This document shows, in pieces, positions 45,226-54,992 of a stretch of 64,000 bases of DNA (position 1 is the first letter of the stretch; each line of letters begins with the position of its first letter). The notes under the pieces are model-generated. The model made no database searches. It saw only the letters and a list, made by a program, of their open reading frames with translations, and was not told the origin of the DNA. Source of the stretch: a virus; IMG/VR virus record IMGVR_UViG_3300027749_000042. One strand, given 5' to 3'. The translations under genes were made by a program, and so were the position numbers.

Positions 45226-46088
45226 CAGCCCTCATTCTCGGCGCAACAGGTATGCTCGGTTCAGCCATGATGCGCCGACTACCTGGATCTATTGGAATAT
45301 CAAGTAAGGATTGTGATCTACTCAATCAGAGACAAGTCCATGAAATCTTCGATTTTGATTTTGATGTGATCTACCATTGTGCTGGGCTTGTAGGTGGTAT
45401 CATGGACAACATGAATAACCAATATTATTTTCTGATGGATAACGCAAGGATGGCACTTAACGTCATCGACATGGCTAGGACATGCGGCGTTGAAAAGGTC
45501 TATTATATTTCATCATCATGCGTTTATCCAAATGCGTGTGAACAGCCGATGAAAGAGAAGCACATTCTAACTGGTCCTGTAGAACCAACAAACGGTGGTT
45601 ATGCTATGGCTAAACTTGTTGGTATGGAAGCTGCTAGATATGCTGGTTATGTGTCGATGATTCCTTGCAATCTATATGGACCCAAGGATAACTTCTCGGA
45701 GAGCGGACATGTTCTAGCATCATTGGTTCGCAAGGTGTGCGATGCTCAAAAGAATGGTAAATCATCTATTACAGTATGGGGTGATGGTACTGCGCGCCGT
45801 GAGTTCTTACATGTTGACGATTGTGCGGATGCTATCGTGGCTGCAACACAACTCGATGGTCCATATATAAATATTGGTTCAGGAGAAGATATCTCAATTC
45901 ATGATCTCGCTCGTCTTATCATAGATATTGCGCGTTGGGATGGTAATATCGTTTTTGATACAACAAAGCCTAATGGTATGATGCGAAAACTCCTTGATAC
46001 CTCGCTACTAGATAGCATTGATTGGAAACAAAAGATTAGCCTAGAGACAGGCATATCGCAAATGATTACAGATTATCGGAGCATGTAA
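45222..46088 (+). CDS. GDP-L-fucose/colitose synthase (Fcl/ColC)
   Basis: GATGMLG, VGGI, SSCVYP, YAMAK, NLYGP, REFLHVDD. Confidence 0.9.
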   Translation: MTALILGATGMLGSAMMRRLPGSIGISSKDCDLLNQRQVHEIFDFDFDVIYHCAGLVGGIMDNMNNQYYFLMDNARMALNVIDMARTCGVEKVYYISSSCVYPNACEQPMKEKHILTGPVEPTNGGYAMAKLVGMEAARYAGYVSMIPCNLYGPKDNFSESGHVLASLVRKVCDAQKNGKSSITVWGDGTARREFLHVDDCADAIVAATQLDGPYINIGSGEDISIHDLARLIIDIARWDGNIVFDTTKPNGMMRKLLDTSLLDSIDWKQKISLETGISQMITDYRSM

Positions 46089-47095
46089 TGTCTGCATTCT
46101 ATCCATTTCTTCGTTCACTGAATACCTTCTCGGTCGATGATATGTCGAGATTGTGTGAATTTTATGGAATGGCAATTCACGCAACAAAGACCAATCAGAT
46201 CAGGAATGCATTGCATAATGTCGCAACAATCATCATGCGACAGGAACCTGATCCGATTCTGTTTAGTCGTACCAAGAACCTACATGAATTGCCATATAGC
46301 ATCCTCGATGCTCGCAGAGGCATTCATGTTGCGCGGTCTGTATTTGCTAATGAAGTCCTCAAGCTTCGGCAGCGCAAGACCGCTAACAAATCAGCAATGG
46401 TGCAAACTTACATTGACGATGGGCTTGTGGTCATCAATGATTTTCTCGGTACCGATAATACGGATCTGATTAGAGAAATGAAACAGTTACCGATCAGCGT
46501 CAATAAGAATGGTTCGAATGTCATTAGCACAATGACTGATAATCCTGCTCTGCGTAGTTTTCTTTTCGATAGCAAGCTTCGGGATTGCGTGTTTGATTGC
46601 TTGATGATGTCCAAGACGCACAAGGATGCATCGAGGCAGTTCCTAGATAACACGTTTGTTCAGCGCGTTCACAATAAACCAAACGACGGCGATGTTCAGA
46701 AAATCATGCACTTCGATACCTACTATGATGCAATGAAGTTCTGGTATTTTCCTAAAGAGGTCAAACTTGAAAATGGACCCTTTACAATCTCGCCACAATC
46801 GCATATAATGAGTGAAGCTAGGTTGACATGGATGCAAAGCGCATACATGCGATATTATGATAAGACGATAGAGCCAGAGCGTACCTATGGGCACGCAGAA
46901 GGATCGCTGAGAGTTTTGCCAATCGAGATGGAAGCCATGGGACTTGGCGTTGTGCCAATGGTTGTGCCAAAAGATACCCTGATTATCTCGAATGTGTTTG
47001 GCTTTCATGGGCGTGGCGAAGCCGCAGTGGATTCGATCCGTGATGCTATTCATGGCTCAATTCGATTGAATTCTCCATTTGACAATGAGGAATGA
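46088..47095 (+). CDS. PhyH-like dioxygenase
   Basis: HFDT, ENGP, FHGRG. Confidence 0.7.
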   Translation: MSAFYPFLRSLNTFSVDDMSRLCEFYGMAIHATKTNQIRNALHNVATIIMRQEPDPILFSRTKNLHELPYSILDARRGIHVARSVFANEVLKLRQRKTANKSAMVQTYIDDGLVVINDFLGTDNTDLIREMKQLPISVNKNGSNVISTMTDNPALRSFLFDSKLRDCVFDCLMMSKTHKDASRQFLDNTFVQRVHNKPNDGDVQKIMHFDTYYDAMKFWYFPKEVKLENGPFTISPQSHIMSEARLTWMQSAYMRYYDKTIEPERTYGHAEGSLRVLPIEMEAMGLGVVPMVVPKDTLIISNVFGFHGRGEAAVDSIRDAIHGSIRLNSPFDNEE

Positions 47096-47107
47096 TTGTG
47101 TTATGAT
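47079..47107 (+). promoter_or_regulatory. sigma70 promoter
   Basis: TTGACA-17-TATGAT. Confidence 0.75.
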
Positions 47108-47128
47108 GAATTCAAATCGGAGTTCGTC

Positions 47129-47524
47129 ATGGCTATCCTTCCAATCTACTACACCACCACCAATTTTCGCAAACGCAAGGCTTCGTTGCCCACACGCGCA
47201 TCCGAGGAGTCTGCTCGTAAAACTGCAGAACTTCTGGCGCGTGTGGGCTACGTCAAACGTGATCGTGCGCCAGTCAAAGCCAAAGCAGACCAGTGGCAGA
47301 ATGAGCGCAATGTGGCACCTTTGACAGATGCTATTCCTGGCGGCATTGCAGCCAAGCGCGACAAGCTCAATGACCACAAGTGGAAGCGTGGGCTTGAAGA
47401 GACCAAAGAGACAATCAAAGAAATCCAAAACAAGGCTGCGCGTACTGCACCCGCGTATTCCAAAGGCGCTTACCAGTATATCACTGATGGCGCAGATACC
47501 AAAACTCTCGGTCGTAAAATCTAG
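47129..47524 (+). CDS. conserved basic phage protein
   Basis: GGAG RBS; APAYSKGAYQYI. Confidence 0.7.
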   Translation: MAILPIYYTTTNFRKRKASLPTRASEESARKTAELLARVGYVKRDRAPVKAKADQWQNERNVAPLTDAIPGGIAAKRDKLNDHKWKRGLEETKETIKEIQNKAARTAPAYSKGAYQYITDGADTKTLGRKI

Positions 47525-47536
47525 GAGCTATATAAT

Positions 47537-47785
47537 ATGTGGACGAAGCAAGAAATTTTCGAGATGGCGCGTGACGGTGTTATCCGTGTGACGTTTACCA
47601 AGTCTGATGGGACAGAGCGTATTATGGTATGTTCATTGTTGGATCAATATCTTCCTCCTATCATGGAAGATGCGGAAGTAACAACGAAGGATAATCCAAA
47701 TGTTCTCGCAGTGATGGATCTTCAAGCGCGAAGCTGGCGCTCATTTCGAATTAATTCGGTTATTAAAGTGGAGACAATGGAATGA
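47537..47785 (+). CDS. DUF2693/WYL-like SH3-fold protein
   Basis: VTFTK.DGTER.M.C.L, WRSFR. Confidence 0.8.
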   Translation: MWTKQEIFEMARDGVIRVTFTKSDGTERIMVCSLLDQYLPPIMEDAEVTTKDNPNVLAVMDLQARSWRSFRINSVIKVETME

Positions 47786-48765
47786 AACTTAAAATTACTG
47801 GCTTACGCGATACTGCAAAGCCGATGACAATTGATCCTGCACAAAATGGCACGTATGGGCATATCGGTTCGCAGGGCGGCACCGAGCAGATGTACAAGGG
47901 TCTTATGGACCGGTTGCCAGCTGAACTAAAAGAACCATTCAATATCATTTGTTCGCGTGTGCGCGAGGTAGATTCCTCGAAGCGAAATCTTCTTTGGTTG
48001 CATGATACCTGGGACGATCCTGAATCGCAGCATCTAAAAGAAAAGTCTAGTCTCGAACGGTTCGAAAAGCTGATCTTTGTTTCGAACTACCAGCAAGAAA
48101 CTTATAACATGGCGCTGCAGGTTCCTTATGATAAGGGTATCGTATTGCAGAACGCAATCGTTCCTATCGAGGATCATGTAAAGCCAGAAGGTACAATCAA
48201 TCTTATCTATCACACCACGCCACATCGTGGGCTAGAACTCCTTGCACCTGTCGTTGATTTTATGACAGATCGAGGAATTGATTACCATCTCGATGTTTAT
48301 TCGTCGTTTGCAATCTATGGTTGGGAACATCGAGACGATCCGTATCTGCCTCTTTTCGATAAGCTCAGAGCCAATCCTAATGTGACATATCATGGATTTC
48401 AACCTAATGTGGTTGTTCGTGAAGCTTTGAAGAAAGCACACATTTACGCATACCCAAACATCTGGCCCGAAACATCTGGCATTTCTGTTATTGAAGCCAT
48501 GAGTGCTGGCTGTGATGTTGTGTGTCCTAATTTCGCTGCATTGCCTGAGACAACTGCCAACTTCGCTACGATGTACGGTTGGTCAGAAGATGCCAACGTC
48601 CATGCGAACAGATTTGCCGGACTTCTAATGTTAGCTATCAAGAATTTCTGGGATCAGAATAATCAAAACAAGTTGAACTTCCAGAAAATGTACACCAACA
48701 ATTTCTACAATTGGGACTATCGCATTCAGCAGTGGGTTGGCTTCCTTGGCGGACTTAAAGGTTGA
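47782..48765 (+). CDS. GT-B glycosyltransferase (GT4-like)
   Basis: GGTE, WLHD, RGL, ETSGISVIEA. Confidence 0.88.
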   Translation: MKLKITGLRDTAKPMTIDPAQNGTYGHIGSQGGTEQMYKGLMDRLPAELKEPFNIICSRVREVDSSKRNLLWLHDTWDDPESQHLKEKSSLERFEKLIFVSNYQQETYNMALQVPYDKGIVLQNAIVPIEDHVKPEGTINLIYHTTPHRGLELLAPVVDFMTDRGIDYHLDVYSSFAIYGWEHRDDPYLPLFDKLRANPNVTYHGFQPNVVVREALKKAHIYAYPNIWPETSGISVIEAMSAGCDVVCPNFAALPETTANFATMYGWSEDANVHANRFAGLLMLAIKNFWDQNNQNKLNFQKMYTNNFYNWDYRIQQWVGFLGGLKG

Positions 48766-48790
48766 CAATACCTAAGCTGTGTGATATGAT
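48762..48790 (+). promoter_or_regulatory. sigma70 promoter
   Basis: TTGACA-17-TATGAT. Confidence 0.75.
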
Positions 48791-48816
48791 GTTCTCTAAT
48801 ATGAAAGGATCAATAC

Positions 48817-49944
48817 ATGGCTAAGAGTCTGCTACAGATGGCACCCAAGAAGAAGGTCAAGCGGATCACACCGCGCGGGCTAGATCAGAAGTATCTTGGT
48901 GAAGAGCCGACTTGGGAGGATCAACAGTTCCTTGGTGAGTCAGCTCTTTCATCAAAGATTGCTGGCGCATATAATTGGTACAACTATTTTTCAAACTCCA
49001 AGATGAACCGTGAGTTCCTCGAGGAGTTTATGGTTGCTGAAGGTATGTCCAAAGCTGCTTTGCAGATGATGAATAAGGTTGATGACCATCACATTCTCCC
49101 TAGCATATGGAAGATGGCGCGTATGATTACGATGGGTTACGATGCTCCCAAAGAGCGTCGGATAATCCTATTCAATGACATTACCGAAATTGTGAAGCGT
49201 GGTATTGCTATCGCTGAGGCTGAAAGGCCGCCGTCCGCTATGTCCAAAAGCACGGTGACAAACAATCTGCTGGCTGATGTTGAGTCTATGGTAGATGCTA
49301 ATGATGAACAGCTCACCAAATTTTACGAACTCCTGAAAAACAAAGCACCAAAGCCGGCGATGGTTACAGATATTGCTAACTATTACCAGCCGTGGGTTGA
49401 TGAAATGAAGGAAGCATACGCAACAAAAGACACCGATTTCAAGTATGCTTATCGTCATATGACCAAGAAACAAATCAAGGAGCGCATTGCTCTATTTGAA
49501 GGAATCATTAATGATTGCAAGTCTTATGTGGGTAATAATCGCAAGGCTGTTGTACGCAAGCCACGCAAGATCAAACCTAAGAGCGATACCGTTATCGTCA
49601 AAAGCCTCAAGTGCCAGAAGGAAGACGTTGACCTGAAAATCGTCAGCATTGACCCTACCAAGATCGTCGGCGCTAAAGAGTTGTGGACATTTAACACTAA
49701 ATATAATGTTCTCGCGCACTACGTTTCTGATACAGGTTTGTCTGTAAAGGGAACAACTCTTCAAAATGTAAATGATAAGTTGTCCTCGCAAAAGAAACTT
49801 CGTAAGCCAGATCAGGTGTTGCCTGGTATCACTGGATCTACATCCAAAGCTGCCATCAGGTCGTTTGAAGCTATCACAACCAAGGCCAGTGAACCAAATG
49901 GACGAATCAACGAATACACAGTCCTTCTTCGTGCAATCAAATAA
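48817..49944 (+). CDS. conserved T4-like hypothetical protein
   Basis: long ORF; NWYNY, SIDP.KIVGA, KLRKP, NGRIN. Confidence 0.75.
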   Translation: MAKSLLQMAPKKKVKRITPRGLDQKYLGEEPTWEDQQFLGESALSSKIAGAYNWYNYFSNSKMNREFLEEFMVAEGMSKAALQMMNKVDDHHILPSIWKMARMITMGYDAPKERRIILFNDITEIVKRGIAIAEAERPPSAMSKSTVTNNLLADVESMVDANDEQLTKFYELLKNKAPKPAMVTDIANYYQPWVDEMKEAYATKDTDFKYAYRHMTKKQIKERIALFEGIINDCKSYVGNNRKAVVRKPRKIKPKSDTVIVKSLKCQKEDVDLKIVSIDPTKIVGAKELWTFNTKYNVLAHYVSDTGLSVKGTTLQNVNDKLSSQKKLRKPDQVLPGITGSTSKAAIRSFEAITTKASEPNGRINEYTVLLRAIK

Positions 49945-50263
49945 TATCGTAAAGTTTCCGAAAAATAATCCTCGCGCACATGTGATCGTGATAGACGACA
50001 ACGATGAGGAACGGATTAAGTTCAAGCATGACTTTGTAGACCAAGCGGTACATGATGTTGGCAAAAAGCTTATGTACCTCTTGTCGACCAAAGGCTTCGA
50101 TATAACCACGCCAGAGTTTGACGATAGCTATACGTTCACGATGGAATCCCTTCGTGCTACTCTCTTGCAGTCCATGGGTGTTAGCCATCCTTTCCTCATC
50201 TTTATCAATGACTTCATAGAAGGTTTGAATAAGCTTGATGAAGAGCTTGACGACGACGAATAA
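49931..50263 (+). CDS. hypothetical protein (start uncertain)
   Basis: NIVKFP N-terminus, acidic tail. Confidence 0.6.
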   Translation: MQSNNIVKFPKNNPRAHVIVIDDNDEERIKFKHDFVDQAVHDVGKKLMYLLSTKGFDITTPEFDDSYTFTMESLRATLLQSMGVSHPFLIFINDFIEGLNKLDEELDDDE

Positions 50264-50275
50264 TCCGTGTACTAT
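50247..50275 (+). promoter_or_regulatory. sigma70-type promoter
   Basis: TTGACG-17-TACTAT. Confidence 0.6.
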
Positions 50276-50301
50276 ACAGAATGAAATAAGGAACCGTGGT
50301 A

Positions 50302-51162
50302 ATGATTCTCGTTGACTTTAGCCAAGTTATGATATCCAATCTGATGGTTCAATTGTCCAACAATGACCAGAAGCTTGATGAATCAATGGTCCGCCATATG
50401 GTTCTTTCAAGCTTGCGTATGTACAAGCAAAAGTTTCCTGAGTATGGCGAGATTGTCGTTTGTTGCGATGGTCCGTCATATTGGCGTCGGCAGGTATTCC
50501 CTCACTACAAGGCCAATCGGAAGAAGAACCGTGACAGTTCTGGGCATGATTGGGCTACCATCTTTGAATCCCTCCACAGAATCCGTGACGAGATTCGCGA
50601 CAACATGCCATATCCTGTGCTGATCTTTGATCGCGCAGAGGCCGATGATGTTATCGCTTCTCTGTGTCATGCATATGGTGAGACGATGAACTTGCCTACC
50701 GCTGAAAAGATCCTCATTCTTTCCAGTGATAAGGACTTCGCTCAGCTCCAGAAGTATGCCAACGTCCAGCAATACTCGCCCATCATGCGAAAGCATATTG
50801 CTATTGATAACCCTGAGCGGTTCAAGCAGTACCACATTCTGCAAGGCGATAGTGGCGATGGTGTGCCAAACTTCCTGTCCGTCGATGACACCTTCGTGTC
50901 TGGTGGTAGACAGAAGCCATTGCCCAAGAAGAAGCTTGAGGAGTGGACTACGCTCCAGCCCGAAGCATATTGCACTGGTGAAATGCTGCGAAACTATTAT
51001 CGCAATAAGAAGCTGGTCGACCTTGATGAGGTGCCTCAGGAATTGCAGACGCAATGCGTTGAGGCTTATCGTTCATACGAGCGGCAGCCGCGCAGTAAGA
51101 TCCTCAACTACTTCATTCAGAACCGCTTGCGTACACTAACGGAATCTATTGGAGAATTTTGA
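50302..51162 (+). CDS. rnh: T4-like RNase H / 5'-3' exonuclease
   Basis: LVDFSQ, WRR...YKANR, EADD, SSDKDF, GDSGDG.PN. Confidence 0.95.
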   Translation: MILVDFSQVMISNLMVQLSNNDQKLDESMVRHMVLSSLRMYKQKFPEYGEIVVCCDGPSYWRRQVFPHYKANRKKNRDSSGHDWATIFESLHRIRDEIRDNMPYPVLIFDRAEADDVIASLCHAYGETMNLPTAEKILILSSDKDFAQLQKYANVQQYSPIMRKHIAIDNPERFKQYHILQGDSGDGVPNFLSVDDTFVSGGRQKPLPKKKLEEWTTLQPEAYCTGEMLRNYYRNKKLVDLDEVPQELQTQCVEAYRSYERQPRSKILNYFIQNRLRTLTESIGEF

Positions 51163-51437
51163 TGACGGATCGGTTAGAGCGCGATATCACAGCGATGGAA
51201 AAAGAAATCCGGCAGTTAAAAACAAAGCTGGATAATTCCATCATTGATATCCGTGCAGTCAATTTTTATGGTTGGGTTAATTCTGCGCCAGCTATAAAAG
51301 CTAGAACTTGGGAAGTGGTGCGTCACGAAATTCAATACAAGCGTCAGGGGTCATCTGAGTGGGTATCTATTCCCACAATCAATCGAGACGATGAAAATTC
51401 ATATATAAAGATTGAAATACCAACTGGAGAACTTTAA
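51159..51437 (+). CDS. hypothetical protein
   Basis: GGAG RBS. Confidence 0.6.
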   Translation: MMTDRLERDITAMEKEIRQLKTKLDNSIIDIRAVNFYGWVNSAPAIKARTWEVVRHEIQYKRQGSSEWVSIPTINRDDENSYIKIEIPTGEL

Positions 51438-51439
51438 GA

Positions 51440-51874
51440 ATGAAAGCATTTCAAGACTGGCCCTGCATTGATATGGCAAAGTATGCCGAATTTGTTATGG
51501 CTGTGACAAGTAAGGAAAGTCGTGTAGCTGCGGATTTTCTTGACAGAGTGCGTGAAATACACTATGATAAGGATACAGTCATTAATGTGCCATTGCTTCT
51601 GACTGCGATGATTGGCTTGACCAGTGAAGCTGGCGAGGCCCAAGAAATCCTCAAGAAGGTTTTGTTTCAGGGCAAGCCATACACCGAAGAAACTCGTTAC
51701 CACCTAATGTGCGAACTCGGTGACGTAATTTGGTATTGGGTCAATGCGTGTAATGCGTTGCAGATTGATCCGAATAAGGTAATTGCATTGAATGTGGAGA
51801 AGCTTCAGGCTAGATATCCTGGTGGCACATTCGATGCCTTCTATTCTGAAAATCGTAAGGAAGGTGATATCTAA
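51440..51874 (+). CDS. mazG: MazG-like NTP pyrophosphohydrolase
   Basis: GL.SEAGE...KK, ELGDV.WY, N..KL..RYP. Confidence 0.9.
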   Translation: MKAFQDWPCIDMAKYAEFVMAVTSKESRVAADFLDRVREIHYDKDTVINVPLLLTAMIGLTSEAGEAQEILKKVLFQGKPYTEETRYHLMCELGDVIWYWVNACNALQIDPNKVIALNVEKLQARYPGGTFDAFYSENRKEGDI

Positions 51875-52167
51875 TGGTTAAGAAGTTGGTGTTGGTAGAA
51901 GCAATCTCGCAGTACCGCATGACGTATGTTATGGAAGTCGAAGACGATCCACAGCATGCCTTGGATGCGCTCACACTAGGTGAAGCCACAGAAGAAATGA
52001 GTCAGGAGTGGTTAGGTGAAACTATTTTCTCCCATCAAGAGATTACTGATGAACAGTATCTCAAAATTTTCAACGAAAGAAACGGTTACCTCGAAACTTG
52101 GACCGACGATCAAAAGCGAAAGTTCATTTATCGAGTTGACTATACAGGAGGATCCGTGGATGAATAA
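51874..52167 (+). CDS. hypothetical protein
   Basis: coupled ORF. Confidence 0.65.
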   Translation: MVKKLVLVEAISQYRMTYVMEVEDDPQHALDALTLGEATEEMSQEWLGETIFSHQEITDEQYLKIFNERNGYLETWTDDQKRKFIYRVDYTGGSVDE

Positions 52168-52582
52168 GCGACCGCCATTGGCAGGTATTATCGCAAAGAT
52201 TGAACTTCAAAAGACGAAGGCTAAACAGGTCGAGTTTTTGAGAAAGTACAGTTGCAAGGAACTCAAGATCGTACTTGGTTATGGTATGGACCCTGGTGTG
52301 AAGTGGTTGCTTCCTGAAACCGATCCTCCATACAAGGCTCTTGAGGAGTCTACTGATCAGGAAGGGCGCTTCTATAATGAGATCAACAAGCTTGAATATT
52401 TCATTGCATCGCCTGAAGGTTTGAATGTCAATCAGGTTCGTCGTGAGGTTCTTTTCATTCAGATCCTCGAGACAATTGATCCGCGCGATGCCAAGCTTCT
52501 TTTGCGTATGAAGAACAAGCAATTGAAGGTCAAGGTCGATGCGGTCAAGGAAGCGTTTCCTAATCTAACCACTAACTGGTAA
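52160..52582 (+). CDS. conserved T4-like hypothetical protein
   Basis: LP...PPY, RRE.LFIQ.LE, V.EAFP. Confidence 0.7.
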   Translation: MNKRPPLAGIIAKIELQKTKAKQVEFLRKYSCKELKIVLGYGMDPGVKWLLPETDPPYKALEESTDQEGRFYNEINKLEYFIASPEGLNVNQVRREVLFIQILETIDPRDAKLLLRMKNKQLKVKVDAVKEAFPNLTTNW

Positions 52583-52588
52583 GGTAAA

Positions 52589-53191
52589 ATGAACACAGCA
52601 TTTGTTATTGGTAACGGTATGTCGCGCACTGGTTTTGATTTGCTTCGCTTGAAGCCTTTCGGTACCGTGTTTGGTTGCAATGCTCTTTATCGGCAGTATT
52701 ATCCTGACTATGAGTTGCCCGATTATCTGGTGGCTATTGATGAAGGTATCATGCGCGAGATTGAAGCTTCGGACTTTCCGTCCAAGCGCGTGATCTTTCC
52801 TCCGATTGATGAGCGGTGGGAACCCGCTTCATGCAATCAGGGCCGTCCGCGTAGCAATGCTGGCATGAACGCAATGCGCGAGGCTATCAAGTTGGACTTT
52901 GACCAGCTGATCTGCCTCGGGTATGATTTCCTCATCAAGGATCCCGCTGCGTCTGTGTCCAATCTTTTTCATGGTACAGACAACTACGGACCCGAGACAC
53001 GCGCAAGCGCGAACGATAACCCTGGGCGTGTTCGCTACCTTCAGTGGCTCGTCAATCAGCATCCCGAGATTGATTTCATTTTCATCTTCCCCTCGGATGC
53101 TATCGTAACGCCTATTGAAGGTCCTAACGTGTTTATCAATACCTACGAAAACCTTCAGCAGTTTACAACCCAACTTGTGGATGCTCAATAA
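52589..53191 (+). CDS. hypothetical protein, sialyltransferase/MAF-like Rossmann motif
   Basis: VIGNG.SR, GCNALYR, LGYD. Confidence 0.6.
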   Translation: MNTAFVIGNGMSRTGFDLLRLKPFGTVFGCNALYRQYYPDYELPDYLVAIDEGIMREIEASDFPSKRVIFPPIDERWEPASCNQGRPRSNAGMNAMREAIKLDFDQLICLGYDFLIKDPAASVSNLFHGTDNYGPETRASANDNPGRVRYLQWLVNQHPEIDFIFIFPSDAIVTPIEGPNVFINTYENLQQFTTQLVDAQ

Positions 53192-53556
53192 TGAATATGC
53201 CTGCGGCCCTTGATCTCGCTCTTTCTATCTTCATCTGGTTTAGTTCATCAGCCTTCGGCTACTTTGCAGCACGATGGTTCTGCCGCAAGTTCCTGGATAA
53301 GGATGATGATGTCGTTTCGCTAGGTACGGTATCTGCGGACGATATCATGGACTTTTCAGATGATGATAAGCCTTTCGTTCCCGTGAAGATTATCAAGGAG
53401 AATGGTCTCCATTATGCATGGTTTACCAATAACAACCTATTTGCAGGCCAAGCGGTGAGCGACGCCGAAATCCGCCTGACGGTTCAGGATCATCTTCTCG
53501 ACCAGCTTGGGTTGAAGATAGCCTACGCCTATGAAGAACCAGAAACTGTTGCATAA
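53191..53556 (+). CDS. membrane-anchored hypothetical protein
   Basis: N-terminal TM. Confidence 0.6.
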   Translation: MNMPAALDLALSIFIWFSSSAFGYFAARWFCRKFLDKDDDVVSLGTVSADDIMDFSDDDKPFVPVKIIKENGLHYAWFTNNNLFAGQAVSDAEIRLTVQDHLLDQLGLKIAYAYEEPETVA

Positions 53557-53594
53557 TTTATTACAAAAATAATTCGTTTTTCTGAAATTATTTT

Positions 53595-53653
53595 TTCTAG
53601 TGATTTCAATGACTTAGTGGCATCCCTTTGCTAAGTTGTTGATTTTGCTAGAG
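53595..53653. repeat. imperfect inverted repeat with IHF-like half sites
   Basis: 16/23 dyad; AATCAACAACTTA matches WATCAANNNNTTR. Confidence 0.55.
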
Positions 53654-53673
53654 TTTTTTATAGGAGGGTACCA

Positions 53674-53702
53674 TTGACAATGGGGTGGATCTCTGGTATT
53701 AT
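53674..53702 (+). promoter_or_regulatory. early sigma70 promoter
   Basis: TTGACA-17-TATTAT. Confidence 0.78.
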
Positions 53703-53743
53703 TAGAATATAAGATGAGTTGAGAGACAAGAGAGACCTTGAGC

Positions 53744-53845
53744 ATGACAATAGCAGATACCGCCCTAATCTTCTCCCCCTTCATCGCACTGGCTACGGTC
53801 ATGCTGGTGGCTTTCGCCATCGTCGCCGTCCTCGACAACCGCTAA
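53744..53845 (+). CDS. small membrane peptide (33 aa)
   Basis: hydrophobic ORF after promoter; read manually. Confidence 0.5.
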   Translation: MTIADTALIFSPFIALATVMLVAFAIVAVLDNR

Positions 53846-53860
53846 CAGGAGCTTGACAAT

Positions 53861-53980
53861 ATGGAATATGCAACCTTCACCGCCGTTCTCCTCATTGTCG
53901 CGTTCGTGTCGTTTTGTGTCGGCGTCCGAATGGGTTCGGCCTACGTTGCCAAGCGTATGATCGAGGAGTTCGGCAAGTGA
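53861..53980 (+). CDS. small membrane peptide (39 aa)
   Basis: AGGAG RBS; read manually. Confidence 0.6.
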   Translation: MEYATFTAVLLIVAFVSFCVGVRMGSAYVAKRMIEEFGK

Positions 53981-54057
53981 ACACCGACACAACCACCACC
54001 CAGACCGACGATTACCAGATTCCCTACGTCTCCCTTCGCTAATACAGGAACTTGACA

Positions 54058-54261
54058 ATGACTGCTTTTCCCCGCGCCTTCACCGTTTACGGCTCTTTCT
54101 ACGGCTCGGACGAGCTTCCCGAGGCCGTCGCGTCTTTCCCCACCTATCTCGAGGCTGAGATTTTCATCCGTCATTACCACGACACCGACCCGGTGGTTGA
54201 GTATGATCGGTACCTTATTGAGATGACCGTCGGTGGTGTTCGCTTCGCCGCCTACGCCTAA
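54058..54261 (+). CDS. hypothetical early protein
   Basis: AGGA RBS. Confidence 0.65.
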   Translation: MTAFPRAFTVYGSFYGSDELPEAVASFPTYLEAEIFIRHYHDTDPVVEYDRYLIEMTVGGVRFAAYA

Positions 54262-54276
54262 TACAGGAGCACAGCA

Positions 54277-54495
54277 ATGTCCAAAGTGGCTATCCGACCA
54301 AGTGTGGCAGAATTCCTTGAAAAGTATCCGACCGTTGATGGCTATACCTTGCTTTGTGTTTGCGAGGAAATCAACCGTCGTACCGGTGCTGGTATTGGCG
54401 CTTACGGAATTCTGACGCAAGCCTTGCTTCTCGACAACGCCGGTAAATACCTAGTCCGCGTTTGCGAATCCTTCCAGAACCAATCTTCCAACTGA
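54277..54495 (+). CDS. hypothetical early protein
   Basis: AGGAG RBS. Confidence 0.65.
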   Translation: MSKVAIRPSVAEFLEKYPTVDGYTLLCVCEEINRRTGAGIGAYGILTQALLLDNAGKYLVRVCESFQNQSSN

Positions 54496-54500
54496 GGTAA

Positions 54501-54944
54501 ATGAAAATGGCTACTCGTTCCGCTATCGGCTTCCAGGAATTTGACGGCACCGTGACTGGCATTTATTGCCATTGGGATGGCTACCTCGAGGGCGTGGGTC
54601 GCACCCTTGTTGAGAGCTATTCGGACCTTGAGACCGTTCTCGACCTTATCGACCACGGCGATGTTTCGTCCCTTGATGCCACGATCGGTATCGCTCACCC
54701 GTTCTCCCGCTTCGGCACTGACCTGACTGACCAGCAGTGGGAGTCGCTTTACGGCGGCATGACCACCTTCTACACCCGCGACCGTGGCGAGACTACGCCT
54801 GCGCGTGACTTTACGGACGCCGACGCTTTCGTGGCTCATTACAGCGATTGCGAGTTTTTCTACCTGTTTGACGGCCACACCTGGTCGTACCGTACTCGCC
54901 GTACCACGGACTTTGTGCCCGTGACGGTCGAACTCCACGCTTGA
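54501..54944 (+). CDS. conserved phage early protein
   Basis: MATRS.IG, IYCHWDGY, Y.RDRGE. Confidence 0.75.
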   Translation: MKMATRSAIGFQEFDGTVTGIYCHWDGYLEGVGRTLVESYSDLETVLDLIDHGDVSSLDATIGIAHPFSRFGTDLTDQQWESLYGGMTTFYTRDRGETTPARDFTDADAFVAHYSDCEFFYLFDGHTWSYRTRRTTDFVPVTVELHA

Positions 54945-54969
54945 CAATCCGATCCAAACCAGCTATTAT
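54941..54969 (+). promoter_or_regulatory. early sigma70 promoter
   Basis: TTGACA-17-TATTAT. Confidence 0.75.
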
Positions 54970-54992
54970 TAGAGAATAGAAGGAGAGAACGA

